Source: Octopus vulgaris (lineage: Eukaryota). Taken from it: a stretch of DNA of 64,000 bases. This document shows positions 1 through 14,891 of the stretch, one piece after another. The notes under the pieces are model-generated. The model saw nothing but the letters and a program-made list of their open reading frames with translations. It did no database searches and was not told the origin of the DNA. The stretch covers positions 82,398,001 through 82,462,000 of the forward strand of contig OX597815.1 in the NCBI GenBank assembly GCA_951406725.2, written 5' to 3'. Position numbers and translations under genes: made by a program. Position 1 is the first letter of the stretch. Each line of letters opens with the position of its first letter.

Positions 1-354
1 TGTGTGTGCATAGTCTTCGATGACAATGTTTATCAGTTTCAATTACTTTCTCGTGATGGATTTTTATAAATTGCAAAATATAAGTGCGACACTCTTAATA
101 TTTCATTCAGAAGATGACACCGAGAAGGACTGAAATATTGATCGACCTACGCTTAACGACGGAGAAACACACTCATGTTACTATCGTTTTGTATTATTAA
201 TAGCTCAATGTGCTCTCAGAAATATTTTTTACGAGGTGGGTTTTACTACTAATGCTATTTCCGCAGCGAAAGTTCTTCCAATGTTCGAGTGTACACAAAC
301 GTGTTAAATATTATGGTGTAACAACACATTTGTACATACCAGCATACGCGCACT

Positions 355-412
<58 letters not shown>

Positions 413-1145
413 TTGTAGATACATAGGTATTGGCATGAGACTCGCACATCCATGCATTCATACTGCTGATATAATTACACGCACGCACTCTCACCGGCCT
501 AGGATCCTATATCACTCAAGTCCATTCGAAGTGTAGCCAGAGAGCGCGGCGTCACCAGCTTTCTGACCGGCTGAGCTACCCAATAAATACTCCCTTTTAA
601 TGGATTTGATGCCACTGGAATTTCAGTTCTACTCCTAATAATACCATATGACCCACCTTGACTAATAACAGCCCAGCTTCCGGTAGCTCTCTTGGACTTC
701 GAGTAACCTCTCCATTCGGCTACCCGAGCCCCACCCACACAGACAGGTTTCTACTAGGAACCTACGAAACTTTCAGTTGTTTGGAGTCGAATCAGATTTA
801 AATCATAAGTATCAAATAATAACAACAATAATAATAACATAAAATATATATATATATATATGATGTATATAGATATATGTATAACAATAATACATATGTA
901 TGTATGTATATATGTATGTATAAAATAAGATCACAAACGTGTGAAAGTTTCACTACAACTGCTTTAAACGCATTTTTTTTATTGATGAATAGTTTAATAA
1001 CATGATGAAAAAACCCTTTTCTTCAGCTTGATTAAAAATTTGGTTTGGAGAAGAATAACCCTTATATTGGATAAAAGCCCCGTATGTCATTAAAATTAAT
1101 GAACATATATTATGAAGATTAATAAATACTCTACCAACATACAAG

Positions 1146-2223
1146 CTGTGCAAGGTATTTGAGGATATATCGAGTAATTTCAGAAAACGACTCTAACCTA
1201 GAAAAAGTCAAATGTATTTTAAGGAAATAATTTTGCACATGTTCTGAACTAACTTCCTTATAAACAAGATTATTGTATGAATCCGTCTACATCTTCATTG
1301 ACTCCTTCAATTCGGACCAGAATCGTTGGCGTACCTGAACTAACATTTTGGACCTCACCTAAAGAATGGCAGCCTTCAGTGAAGCTATGATATTGTGATG
1401 ATGTCCACTAGTTTCCCTTTCAACAACGCTCCAAACGTTGTAGCACATGGTATAAAAATCTGGTATGCTTGCAGTGCACATGTTCGGTGTTACTTGATCA
1501 TAAAGATTTTCTGACATCCAATCTTAGGTTTTGGAAAAAGTGCTGAATCCTGTTGAAACACGCATGGCCTTCCATTACATCAATCGACATATTAAACAAC
1601 TGTTTCTAGCACCTCACAGTATCGAGCAGCGTTAATTCTAAAACTCTGTGGAAAGTTGGGAGTGGCATTAAATGACCTTCGTTAATAACCATTCCTAAAT
1701 CCATCACAGTTACTGAAAACTTAGTGTGTTTCACTCGGAAACGTCAGAAGGGTCTGCACAAAACTTTTGGTCTTGGTTAAAGTTTACATATATTCGTGAG
1801 AGATTTTAACTTCGTAAAGTAATAGCTTGACATGGTTTCCTTGTGTTATTCCAGACATAAATTGGGTCCTCTTAAGGCTTGAATTGAATGTCCTCATGCA
1901 ACGCAGTTCTACCAGTCCGCTCTGATACCTGATGGTCTTAGGTGATGGCACTCAATGATTTTCCGGGATCGCCATCCAAGTTTTAAGCCCGTCTGATGAA
2001 TTGCGGTGTCTTTAAAGTCTTCAGACGTTTAGAGTGTTCATTTTTGGTACAGTTGAAATATTCCCGCCAGAAGTTTTGGATCCCATACATATCTTGCAGC
2101 ACTCAAAATGTTGGCAATTTCCAAATCGCTGTGTTCAGGTTCAGCGACGAGGTAACAAGGACTACATATATTGTCATTGATTTAAAGAAACATACTGATA
2201 ACTAAGCGTCCAAATACTCCTCA

Positions 2224-2226
<3 letters not shown>
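1146..2226 (-). mobile_element. Decayed IS630-Tc1-mariner transposon, maT/DD37D-like
   Basis: Minus-strand translation across stops and frameshifts gives KHTKFSVTVMDLGMVINEGHLMP..FPQSFRINAARYCEVLETVV..NGRPCVFQQDSA..WMSENLYDQVTPNMC..IPDFY..YNVWSVVERET..HNIIASLKAAI, matching the DDD domain (FQQDSAP, WPPSSPDLNP). Weak TIR remnants ctgtg..gtatttg / caaatac..cacag. Confidence 0.75.
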
Positions 2227-2282
<56 letters not shown>

Positions 2283-3512
2283 AAATTTATTCGAATGCGT
2301 TAATATATTTCTTAATTGTAAGGCTTACAGGAATAGACATCTTGAATATATTTTCTTTGCAATCATCTACATGCTTATTCTTATTTTGATAATATACATA
2401 GTTTTCATCTCAAATGGCCGCACAGTTATTTCTCATACTTATTATTATTATTATTTTTTTTGTTTCCACTCACTATTACCACCCCGAATCGCACTCATTA
2501 ATCTTAATTTTTCCTTTAACAGTGTATATTTTGAAAAAAGTTTCTTCAAGAACAAAGCATAATACTTCTAAAAAAAATCAAGGTTCGAATATTATCTCCA
2601 TGTACTAATATTTTCATCTCTTTAAACAACGCTCAAAAATAGAGCACAAGAAACTCAGTGTAGCGATGAAAGAATTTTAACTTCCAAAATTAATATAGAA
2701 TATAGTTCTGCTGATATAGAATTACTGTTTTGAGTACACACGTTATCCTTTCTGTTCACGCTTTGTGTGTTCGCACACACACATACAAACATGTGTACGA
2801 ATATGTGAGTATTTTTATCGAAATCAATGGCGAAGCTATTATTAACTTATTAACGAGAGAAAATGTATTTGTTTAAATGAAATTTAAACGAGGACATCCT
2901 TATCTGTATTCATACTTACACTTCCAATCAAATTCTTCCTCGCCACCCCTCTCTTACACATACATCTTAATGGATACATTAGCACATATGCATGCTCACA
3001 TATAGCTCGTACAAACTATGCTATACGTGTAAGTGGATGCAAAAGGAAAGCAGTACAGTATTCAGTACTTCTGGTATATATTTAATAAATGTGTAAGGAC
3101 TTAAATTATAGGATTTAATTAAATATCTCAAAATTTAAAAGTTCATAACATCGCTACTTAAGCTCCATACATGCCAGCTTAGAACATTCTTGTACACACA
3201 CAGACACCCCATATATAAATGCATGCATATATGTATACATATATACATATGCGTGTGTGTGTGTGTGTATACATACATAGATGTATGCATGATATGTATG
3301 TATATATAGATATATGAATATATGTGGGTGTGTATGTGTGTATATACATATATATATGTACATGTTATATATACTGTACACATGTGGGTATATATTTATA
3401 CATATATACTCTAATGTATATATGTATGTGTGTGTGTATGTGTATAAATATGTGTGCTCATATATATATACACATATATTCACACACACATGTATATATA
3501 TATATGTATATA

Positions 3513-3552
<40 letters not shown>

Positions 3553-3714
3553 CATACACACACACATATATATACATATATATATACACAATTACAGATA
3601 GATGGATATAAACACGGATATCAACTAAAAAGAGGCGCATAGACAAAGAAATGAAGAATGCAGAATGTCAAACAACAAAATATTGCATATTACTCAGAAC
3701 ACAGCGCAGTTTTA

Positions 3715-4752
3715 ATCATGGGTCAATTCCAGGCTTTTGCAAATTACCCAGTGAATATATTGCGCAGTGAATATATAGTGAAAATACTGAGACAACATGA
3801 TCAATGGTTTCATTTTGTTGTTGACATACACGACATGTTGGGCTACTGCCGTTCTTTAATATGTTGGCCTGGTAGTTCCTCGTAGGTAGGCGTTGATTAG
3901 CCATTGATGGGTCAGGGTTTTGTCAACATCGGCACTATTCGCTCTCTTCGGGTATTTGCCATTGAGATGTTTTTCTTGCCATTTATCAGTCAGAATATCT
4001 AAGGCAGCCTTTTTTAGCACGGGTTTTCATGCGCTTAGCTTTTTCTGCGCTTGTTTCTCGTATGTCTAATTCCGGAATTCGTTGTATTTGGAATTCACTT
4101 AGATATTCCTTTGCTTGTTTTGTTACTGAGTATGATGCTTTCTTGTTTTCATGTTTTGAGACAAGTTTTAACATACAGTTCTCAGAGCTTTTCAGGTAGG
4201 TGTTTAGGCCAATTGTGGCAATCTTCATTGTTAATGCTAGTTGTAAAAGTCCACGGCCTCCCTCTTTTCATTGTCAACAGTTTTCGTATTTTTCTGTCAA
4301 GATTACATATTTCAGTAATTGACCAGTTAACGATATTGAAACTGTAAGTCACGACTGGTATGGCTAAAGCGTTGATCGCTTCGATCCTGTTTCTCGCATT
4401 CAGCTCTGTCTTGAGTATTGCTCTTACTCTGCGATAACATTCATCACTGAATGCCTTATTCAGTCCCCTTCAATTACCCCTAGGTATTTGTAACTCTCCG
4501 CTGTATTTGTAACTCTATTATGACATTCTGCTGGTCAAGGTTAACGTTAGATGTTTCTGTCATTTTTCCTTTGATAACGGTAGCTTTTGCACATTTATCG
4601 AGGCCAAATTGCATTCTGATGTCATCACTGAATTGTTTAACAATTGCTAGCAAGCCCTTGAGTTGTTGGTCATTTTTTGCAAAGTGCTTTAAATCATCCA
4701 TGTAAATAAGATGATTTGTATTTTTATCAAACATTGTATAACCGTACTGTGC

Positions 4753-4755
<3 letters not shown>
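3715..4755 (-). mobile_element. Dong/R4-clade non-LTR retrotransposon fragment (RT C-half to zinc knuckle)
   Basis: ORF 4480-4959 contains NHLIYMDDLKHFAKND..FSDDIRMQFGLDKCAK (RT YxDD); ORF 3716-3904 contains TRNY..CRVCQQQNETIDHVVS (CCHC knuckle of RLE-type elements); the 5' edge abuts a (TAA)n tract. Confidence 0.85.
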
Positions 4756-4945
<190 letters not shown>

Positions 4946-4947
4946 AT

Positions 4948-5150
4948 TATCGCTTGCACGTTGGACGAAGTGCTTAGCGGTATTTCGCCCGTCGTTACGT
5001 TCTGAGTTCAAATTCCTCGAAGGTCAACTTTGCCTTTCATCCTTTTGGTGTCTATTAAACAAGTACCAGTTATACGCACTGGGGTCGATGTAATCGACTT
5101 AAACCCCTTCCCCCAAATTTCAGGCCTTGTGCTTCCAGAAGATAGGATCG
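4948..5150 (+). mobile_element. SINE family 1 (tRNA-derived head, core gtcgactttgcctttcatcctttcggggtcgataaa)
   Basis: B-box-like gagttcaaattcc followed by the core shared with more than 15 copies in the window. Confidence 0.85.
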
Positions 5151-5417
5151 TTATTATTATCAATGTTGCCATCACTCCCATCATGACCCTTCTTTCTGAT
5201 TGGACATAAATTCACGTGAAAAAGAATTCCATAAACAGATGCTGCCACATATCGTACCGTTGAGAAAGATGTGTGAGCTGGTGGTGGTGTGTAGCATGTC
5301 TGTCGGATTTAATTAGGCGGTTATCAACTCAGCATCGGACAATCTGTATTTCTTTATTGCACATAATGAAGACATTTGACTCAGAACAAAGAACATCATT
5401 GTTCATTATGAACCGGT

Positions 5418-5975
<558 letters not shown>

Positions 5976-6867
5976 TATTAAGGAATACTCATAAATTCGT
6001 ACAGTAGTGTTTATGTGCTTATCGCAGGGTAAACTTCTCACCTGGTAGTTCTTTATCACTGTTTTGTGGTGTTATTCGTCACTAATAATCTTGCTAAAAG
6101 TACAGATGTCATAATGTCCCATTTATTCAGTACATAGTACAAAATGTGGTGACCTCTAGGGCCAATAAGTGAAACCTTACTGGGGGTGATATTAAAAACT
6201 GGATATTGTAAAAATCCTATTGCACTTAACTATATAGGGTCCATATGTTTTAGATACCCCAAGAATAACTGATAGTAATGTCAATAACAATAATATTGGA
6301 CGAACGTTTACGCATGAGCACACACACACACACACACACGCAGATACACAAACACACACACACACAAACAAACACTCACACACATATATTTACAAAGAAA
6401 ATCAGATTTTTGACATTCAGACCTTATGAGGAGATAAATGTACGTTCTTGAAAAGCAGATAAAACGAAGTTTTAGTTTTGTGGACATGACCCAATTTTAT
6501 ATATATATATATATATTTAAAACAATGCCTGTACTTTAAACTCAGTGGTTGAGACTATTTAGCTCCCATGGCTATAAGACCAATCACTTTAGTAATATCT
6601 TTCTGGAAAACAAACGAACAATAAAAGAAAAGTTGTTACAACCAGTTAGTTGCAAGTTGAACTCCAGTTAAAATATATTGTAAACGCTGTGAAGAAATCA
6701 TTCAACAAAACATAAGAGATTCAGTTAAGACCCAAGGCTAAATCTGTCACTTAGTTTTAGTCCGGTAGCGAAAGGGCCGAGGCAAACACTTTTCAATAGT
6801 AACACATCTGGTAAATTTTAATGATAAGCTTTATAAAATAAAGAATAATGCTCTCTTTCTCTCCTAA

Positions 6868-7413
6868 CGGTAAGAAGTTCGCTTTGCAAACATGTTCTTT
6901 CGGGTTCAGTCCATCTGTGCGTTACCCTTGGCTAGTGTCTTGTACTATAACGATGGGCCGACCAAAGCCTTGTGAATGGATTTGGTAGACGGAAAAATAT
7001 TTTAAAAAATGTATAAACAAACGACTTAGCGTAAACTGAATGTAAAAACGGACGGGAGACAAACAGACGGTCCGTAATTCTTCATCAGTTATCGACTAAT
7101 TGATAATATTCAGTTTCGCACCTTTAACAATAAGACTCAATGCTTCCCAATTGGCAGTGCCTGCAAAAAAAGGTTTTCTTGCAGAGAATTAGGGACAAGA
7201 GCGTGTGTGTCTTTGTCTGTGTTGTCCGCCCATCCACCGCTTTACAACCGGTGTTGGTGCTTTTACGTCCCCGTAACTTATCAGTTCGGCAAAAATGACC
7301 ATTAAAATAAGTACCAGTATTTAAAAAAATAAGTGCTCGAGTTGTTTCATTCGACTACAATCCCCCCAAGGTGTTGCCCCTGTATGGCCATAGTCTAATG
7401 ACTGAAACAAGTA
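6868..7413 (+). mobile_element. SINE family 2 (tRNA head, CORE-like ccttgggcaagtgtctt, internal microsatellite, tail atgactgaaacaagtaa), decayed
   Basis: cgggttcagtcc B-box; gggccgaccaaagccttgtgaatggatttggtagacggaaa; 3' half acgtccccgtaactta..aagtaccag. Confidence 0.8.
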
Positions 7414-7949
7414 ATATATATATGTTTCTTATATATATATGTGTGTGTGTGTGCATGAATATATGGGTGTGAGTGCACACACATATATACATACATACTT
7501 ATATATATGTACGTATGTATGCATGTATATATGCGTGTGTCTGAGGTATGTGTCAATATATATATATATGTTCATTATCATATGGAATGAGTGTCTTCAT
7601 CACATGTAAACCTATATGCGTTGTAAACTGTACTCTAAATACACATTCTATAAAACAGAAGAAAAATATTGAAACCATCCGCCTTTATGTTATTTCATGC
7701 ATTTTGTAGCTTCCCTCATGGCATGTAGCTTTAATACCGTTGCGCATTAAGCTACATTGGAGCTCGAATTATACACCCAGCTTCATGCTTTTTAAAGTTA
7801 TAAATTTTTAATGAACTGAAGTTCATTTTACATTTAACAATTAACTCTTCTGATCTTCTATTTTAATGTAGATATGCACTGTCTACCACAGGGCATGCCC
7901 TTTATGTATAACAAGATATATACATATGTATGTATGTATCTCTTTCTTT

Positions 7950-8025
<76 letters not shown>

Positions 8026-8719
8026 GTACACATACATATACACACACACATATACATGTATAAGTACACACACATATAGATACACATAAATACATACATA
8101 CATACAAACATACATGAATACTGAATATGGAACATGCTTGCCTCTTTCGTAAATTTTATGAATGTCACGTTTCCAGCCTTTTAAATTTATGTTGTTTTCA
8201 CTTTACATATATGCACATGCACAAATGCGCACATCTATACACACACATGCATCTGTATACATACATACGCACACATGAAGATACACTCACACATTCGTAC
8301 ACACGCACACACTCACAGACACAAATACATACACATATGTTACTTGGTCTTTGCACAAAACACCTTGAAACTAGGAAAAAAAACTTTATTACAGTCACTG
8401 TTTAGATGAAGAGATGGCTGCTTGTACAGACATTAAAATGCTTCAATGTACACAAGCGGACAAGCTAATTAACATGCTAGTGCTAGTTTAATAACTATTA
8501 AAGTTTATTTTAATAAACGTTACAGAATTCAGTATGTTAAAGTATGTCACTATGCTTGAAACATATTTACTTGCCATGGAATAAATATTTATAGATCTTT
8601 ATGTCCAATGATCTTAACTAATATGCCACAGGGTGCAGTATAAACTCGTTTTATACCCCGAGTATGTTTGAACATTTAAATGTTCAGCAATTATATGTTC
8701 TAAATATTTTGGTGACAAG

Positions 8720-8873
8720 CGTAGCGTTGTTGTATGAAGTTTGCTTCCCAGGTAATTGGTTTCGGAGTCAGTCTTACTGCGTGGCATGTTGGCTAAATGT
8801 TTCCTACTATAGCCCTTGGCCAACAAAATCCTTGTGAGGGAATTTGGTTAACAGAAACTGAAATAAGTTAGTC

Positions 8874-8909
<36 letters not shown>

Positions 8910-9100
8910 TTGTCCCCCATTGCTCTTGACAACCGATGCTGGTTTATTTACGTCCACATAACCTAGCGTATCAACAAAAAGAGAAGGATAGAATAAGTAC
9001 CAGGCTTAAAACATATTAACTACTGCGTTCGATTTGTTCGACTAAAACCGTTCAGGGTGCTGCCCCAACAACGCCATTGAAGGAAGCAAATACAAGATAA
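8720..9100 (+). mobile_element. SINE family 2 copy
   Basis: Same 5' half, (GT)n, and 3' half ttgacaaccgatgctgg..agaataagtaccaggc. Confidence 0.75.
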
Positions 9101-10184
9101 TAGATAAAAGATACGAAATGAAATTTGTAATCAATTCAATGTATTCGTGTGTATATATGATATAATGTTGTTGTTGTTGTAGTCGTTGTCGCTGTTGTTT
9201 TTGTTGATGAGAACGTGCGTAACTAAATCTAATATATATATGTTTCATTTCAGTCGAACTCTTCTTTTATAGTAATGTAGCAAAATTCTAAAGCTACAAA
9301 CATTTCAAGTATTGAAAGAATGCCAGTTTTATAACTTTACTTGTTTCAATAGTTTCTAATATTGGCATAAGGCCAAATATTTTGTGCGACGACACCAATC
9401 ACAGTCATATCTATCGCCACACTTTACCACTTGTTTGATAGATTCTTGCAACGATGAAAGGAATGAAGTCGATCGTGACGGGATTAGAGCTAAGAGAGGG
9501 TTGTTGTAATTAAGTATTGCATAGTATTTGATCCTGTATAACGACTGCATCAGCCCGATCTACCTCTGTTAGTTACGATATAAAACATCATTCAATAATT
9601 TGAATTAGTATTTGAGACAACATGGTCTCTGACTGTAATATCAGGAAGTATTCCATCTGCGTGACAACCCCTTAAAGTAATGCATGGTGACTAATTTATG
9701 ATTCCCAAGATATACTGAGTTTCCAGAAAGAACATCTTTTGATATTATGCAGTGTCATACCAACTGTTATCGTCTTTTTAAAGCTTGTCATCAATTTCAC
9801 AGCTAGGGTAAAATCAGTTTATCAGTTTAAGTAATTCCGATATTTATGAAATAGAAATAGTAAATTCATGTTTTTTGTCTTCAAAGAGCAAATAAAATTA
9901 TTGCCTATGCAATATACCTGAACAAATGTGATGTGTGTGTAAATAACAATGAGCCATGGATTCCAACCTGATATATTTCAATATACCGTTTATAGAATTT
10001 ATTAACAATAGAAAGTACATTTTTTGTACTTAGCTCTGTATTAGTTTTGACGGATCACATATAATCAAAGGCATTCAAACTATGACCAGCTAATATCTCT
10101 CCTCTGCTCAAAATTTCTGGCCTTGTTCCAAAATTAATGATAATAATAATAATGATGATGGTGATGATGATGATGATAATAATC

Positions 10185-10257
<73 letters not shown>

Positions 10258-10259
10258 AT

Positions 10260-10497
10260 AAGTGGACGAAAAAAGATGGTATAGGCACACACCAGAAAAG
10301 GTCACTGGGATAGAGAAAGAGCCAAAGCAACCATACTCTGGGATATGCTCGATACACACAGATGAAAACAGAAATTAAGGCCAACAGACCAGATATAGTT
10401 GTCAGAGATCATGAGAGCATCACAACAAATCACAACACATAAAAAAATGCTTTTTAATTGATGTATACACAATACCGGCAGATGACAACGTGTCTCA
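10260..10497 (+). mobile_element. Dong/R4 restriction-like endonuclease fragment
   Basis: Translates across frameshifts to ATILWDM.IHTD..EIKANRPDIVVRDHE..KKCFLIDV.IPADDNVS (PD..D RLE motif); starts right after a (TAA)n tract. Confidence 0.8.
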
Positions 10498-10499
10498 AG

Positions 10500-11100
10500 T
10501 GAGAGTGATTAGGAAAGGGTTACTGAACTGAGTTGAAATATCTCGGATTAGTGAGAGTATGAGAGACCCTGCGGATGGGCTACAAAGAATGGTCGGAGTT
10601 AAAAACAGTTAGGTGTTGAAAGCTGGGAGAAAAGTAAGGCAGAAGGAACAGGGGACATAATGCGGGCAAGGCAAGATCTAGGAAAAATTGAGCAATATCT
10701 AAGAGGAAACTGGAAAAATGGGAAAAAGACCGACCGAGAAAAATTAGAGAAGAAATATAAAATGTGGAAGAACGGGTTTGATGCAGTAACAGGGCAGTTA
10801 AAACAGAGGATCATTATAATCTTTTTTGTTGCTCCATATCTTCTTCAAGAACTCTTCCATTTCCACAATCTTAGGCGTATACTTTACTTCTATCTTACTT
10901 TTGCCAGTTTCCCTATAAAATTTCTTTGCATCCGTCTCCACTATCTTGTTTTGTCTAGAAAATTTGATTCTTATGTATTCGCTGTTTCGCTGGTTCCTTA
11001 GCTGCATGGAGGTTTATAAAATCTTTGATTGATTTTTCTAGCTCGTTTTGTCTTAACGTTTACTTCTTTAGCAAGTTTTTCGAGAACTGATACATCCGCC
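10500..11100. mobile_element. Two Dong/R4 N-terminal-region fragments in opposite orientation
   Basis: Plus strand ARQDLGKIEQYLRG..REKLEKKYKM..VTGQLKQRI; minus strand RIKFSRQNKIVETDAKKFYRETGKSKIEVKYTPKIVEMEEFLKKIWSN; both resemble the pre-RT region of R4-clade ORFs. Confidence 0.6.
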
Positions 11101-11212
11101 GACAGAGGAGGTCTATTGACATGGTTGGTCCTTTTCCGTGTCCTCATTGACACGTAGTTGTGGAGTTACAACTTAAGCAGTGGAATACATGAGATTATTA
11201 AAGGTTGTTAGG

Positions 11213-11382
<170 letters not shown>

Positions 11383-12575
11383 GTGATGCTGTAGGTCGAA
11401 GATATTGCGTGTACCGGGGGTTTGTACTGTCCGCCAAGTCGCAACAAGGAACACAGACAGACAATACTTTACTAAGTATGCGTGAAGTTCCAAGTAAAAC
11501 CGATGTTTTTGCAATACACCTAGATTGTAGGGTATTTCTAAGGTTTTCAGATATTTCTTCAGCTTGGGTGGTATTGAACCCAATAATATGACGACAACAG
11601 GAACAATCTTTATGTTTGACTCTCGCAGCTTGGCGATCTCAATTCTCAGGTTTCCATATTTGACATAATTTTTCTCTTTCTTTCATGATAATATGTTGAT
11701 CTCCTGGCACTGCCACGTTGATTATTAGGTGCTCTTGCTTACCCTTCCCCAAAACTACAATATCTTGCCTTCGGTGCTCGAACACGTTGTCTAACTGCAA
11801 GTTAAAGTCCCAATGGATCTTTGCCTTTCCGTTTTCATACTTTCCATTTTACCAATCTAGTAGAGGTGCGTGGCCTTGAACCTAAAGTGTTGAACACTTG
11901 ATCGTAAGATTGTGGTTTCGATTCCTGGACCGTGTGACGCATTGTTTTCTTGAGCAAAACATTCATTTCACGTTGCTGTCATCCACTCAATTGTCAAAAA
12001 TGAGTTGTACCACGACGAACCAATGTCTCGTCCAGGTAGGAAGTACATACCCCATGAAAACCGACAATCCGGCCCTTATAAATCAATATGACTCGTGAAG
12101 GAAACTTTACCTTTACCTTTAAGCTTTTCTAGTATATGTTGGTACCAAACACCCGTTTCCTCGTATCCATACTTTCCGGCATAGTAGCCAGTGAAGGTTC
12201 CTGGCTACCCTGTCGTGTCTGCGCTTGTACTCTTTCTGCACAAGACTTTCACAAACGCTAACAATGCCTGGCCTTGGGCAGTGATGATTAGGCTTTTAGT
12301 CTTCTTTTTTTATGTCTCTTTTGTTGAGCCATCTCCATGATGCTTCCTGTTTTTTTTAAGTTGTTAGTTTCGCGTTGGAACTAACCATGTAATTCCATGC
12401 AGAGTAGTATTTGTTCTCTCTCACTGGCTACTCATGATCGGAATTCATTAGCCCTCTCAACTCCCATGTCGGTAAATATTTCTACATTAGCAGCATACTG
12501 TAGCAGGTTTTGTTCGCTGTTTACCAAATACTCTGTTATTTCTCTTCTTTCACTGTGGATTTACTCACCTACGCT
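11383..12575 (-). mobile_element. Dong/R4 3' portion (knuckle, RLE, 3' UTR) interrupted by a SINE
   Basis: Minus translation YKRRHDRVARNLHWL..WYQH..GKAKIHWDFNLQLD..EHRRQDIVV..IINVAVPGD..KYGNLRIEIAKL..IVPVVV.LGSIPPKLKKYLKTLEIPY..LGTSRILSKVLS, then a short UTR and (TAA)n. Confidence 0.85.
11863..12121 (+). mobile_element. SINE family 3a inserted in R4
   Basis: Head gaggtgcgtggc..ggtttcgattcc, tail (ctttac)n; TCTAGTA duplicated at 11856-11862 and 12128-12134. Confidence 0.8.
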
Positions 12576-12650
<75 letters not shown>

Positions 12651-12681
12651 TATTATTATTATTATTATTATTATCATTACT

Positions 12682-12890
12682 AAGGCGGCGAGTTGGCAGA
12701 ATCGTTAGCACACCAGGCAAAATGTTTCGCGGCATTTCGTCCGTTTTTGCGTTCTAAATTCAAGTTCCGCTGAGGTTGACTTAACCTTTCATTCTTTCAT
12801 TCTTAATGATGTATTAGCTAAAACACTGGGGCCGATGTAATCAACTAGTCCCGTTACCCCAAGTTTCAGAGTTTGTACCTATAGTAGAAA
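12682..12890 (+). mobile_element. SINE family 1 copy
   Basis: aaggcggcgagttggcagaatcgttagc head plus core. Confidence 0.85.
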
Positions 12891-14665
12891 TGACTACTAC
12901 TACTGTTGCTGCTGCTACTGCTGTTGATGTTGTTGCTGCTGCTGATGATAATGATGATGTCGTTTTCTTTAGGTTATTTTTGTTAAATCTTGTATCTAAT
13001 AAAATATTTCACTATTTCAACTATTATTTATATTTCTCCCTCGTTTTTCAGAGGTCAATAAATTGTGCATGTACTGTAGGTTAATCAAATATACACCTTA
13101 CTTACCAATTCCTATCAATCAGTATTAGTTCAATTAGAATCAGTATCAATACCGGAGACAGTATAACACCGGACTAAATTCATTCCAGTATTTTCCGTTC
13201 TCTTCTTCTCAGTTGCCAGTTCATGATCCGGCGACAGCATCTTTGTCTTTCATCTCACGGTCGATAAAAACCATTTCCCATAAGATGAAAGGATAAAAAT
13301 CATTCCACCATATTCCTGTAAATTGCAAGTTGGGCTTTGTGCCGAAAACAATTGAACGGTACACGTAGAATATATAAGTTAATTAATTCCATATAGGAAT
13401 ATTTACTAATGTTGCTATGAAACTATTTTAGAGTTATATACTACAGAGAGGAAACAAATGGTTCTTTTAACTAAATAATCTCGATATCGAACCAGTTGGA
13501 TCACATTCTGCTTCAGTGAACTCACTAGCAGAGGAGCTATATCATTGAATAACTGTTTAACAAGAATCTAACTTCTGAGGATCTGAGATGTGTTACAATC
13601 TACCAAGCACTGCATGATATCCTTTCTTTCCATAGTCATCCCATTCAATAGGTATGGATCTCTAGCATTCTCTCCCAGCCACTTTTTATATTCATGCATC
13701 TACTGACATAAGTTCAAGCTGAGCATCAACCATATTAATATGATGTAACTGAGCGGACATACAATGGTCATTGGGCTGTCCCATCTCACTTGATTAAGTA
13801 AAAAAAAAAATGACGTAGAAAGAATTTTTGAGCTGTAATTTGAAAAAAGAAAAAGATAGAGCAAATTAATACGTGCTACTTCTATTTTTAAAAGTAACCT
13901 GACACAAGTTTGTAACTCTTCTCATTTACAATGATTGTCTTGGAGATTTAGTTGTTATATTAACAACAAAATAGGCAAGCGATTATATAGAATTGTTGCC
14001 CCCACCCAGTTTGTAACTTAAATAAAATTGTCCCTCAACATACAATTGAACGTTGAGTTACCACTAATGACTTTTGCGTCTACTAAATGAGGATGCCGAA
14101 TGCAATTCAGCATCGTGTAGACTTCCATCCTCAATATTGTTATTGACTACTGTCTTGAACTGTTGGAAGAAAGAAAAAAATTAGGGGAATATTTAAAAAC
14201 TATTCAGTGTCTCACGTAAATGGTAATAAGAAAGAATTGACGAAGAATAGTTGTATCAATCTAAAATTTTACAAATTTTATTCAAGTGAAACGCACACCT
14301 ATGTATATACGTAAGCATGTACGTATAGATGCATGTGTAAACGTGCATAAACAGAAAAAAACATAGACACACACACACTGGCACACATTTACACACACAC
14401 ACACACATGATGGCTGTCAACTCGTTGAACGAGTATTACTATGACTGTCTAAATATGTGTACCATAGCATTTCAAGTGAGAACGACAACGTCCCTTGAAT
14501 CCTGCCAGCCACTTACAGAACTTGTTGCAGGTTCGATATTCGTACAAATTCTTTTGACTTCTTGGTTGTTCTGGATCGTTCTGATGATTTTCTCTGAGCA
14601 TCCTCATATGGTTATATAAACCTGAGCTATTTACACACAGTCTTCTGGTAGATGGTACATGTGAG

Positions 14666-14891
14666 GTTGAAGACGGTGAGCTGGCAGAAACGTTAGCGCG
14701 CCGGGCGAAATGCTTTGCGGTATTTCGTCTGCCGTTACGTTCTGGGTTCAAATTCCACCGAGGTCGACTTTGCCTTTCATCCTTTCGAGGTCGATTAAAT
14801 AAGTACCAGTTACGCACTGGAGTCGATAATCCGTTTGTCTGTCCTTGTTTGTCCCTTCTGTGTTTAGCCCCTTGTGGGTAGTAAAGAAATA
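14666..14891 (+). mobile_element. SINE family 1 variant with tail tttgtctgtccttgtttgtccc..gtaaagaaatagg
   Basis: Intact head and core; 12 bp TSD GGTACATGTGAG at 14654-14665 and 14892-14903. Confidence 0.9.

Noticed and set aside
3135-3646. Many overlapping 60-180 aa ORFs (YIYI, VCVC, HTHT, poly-I/N/L) here and across the window
   Set aside because: Translations of TA/CA/TAA microsatellites that lack stops in some frames; no coding signal.
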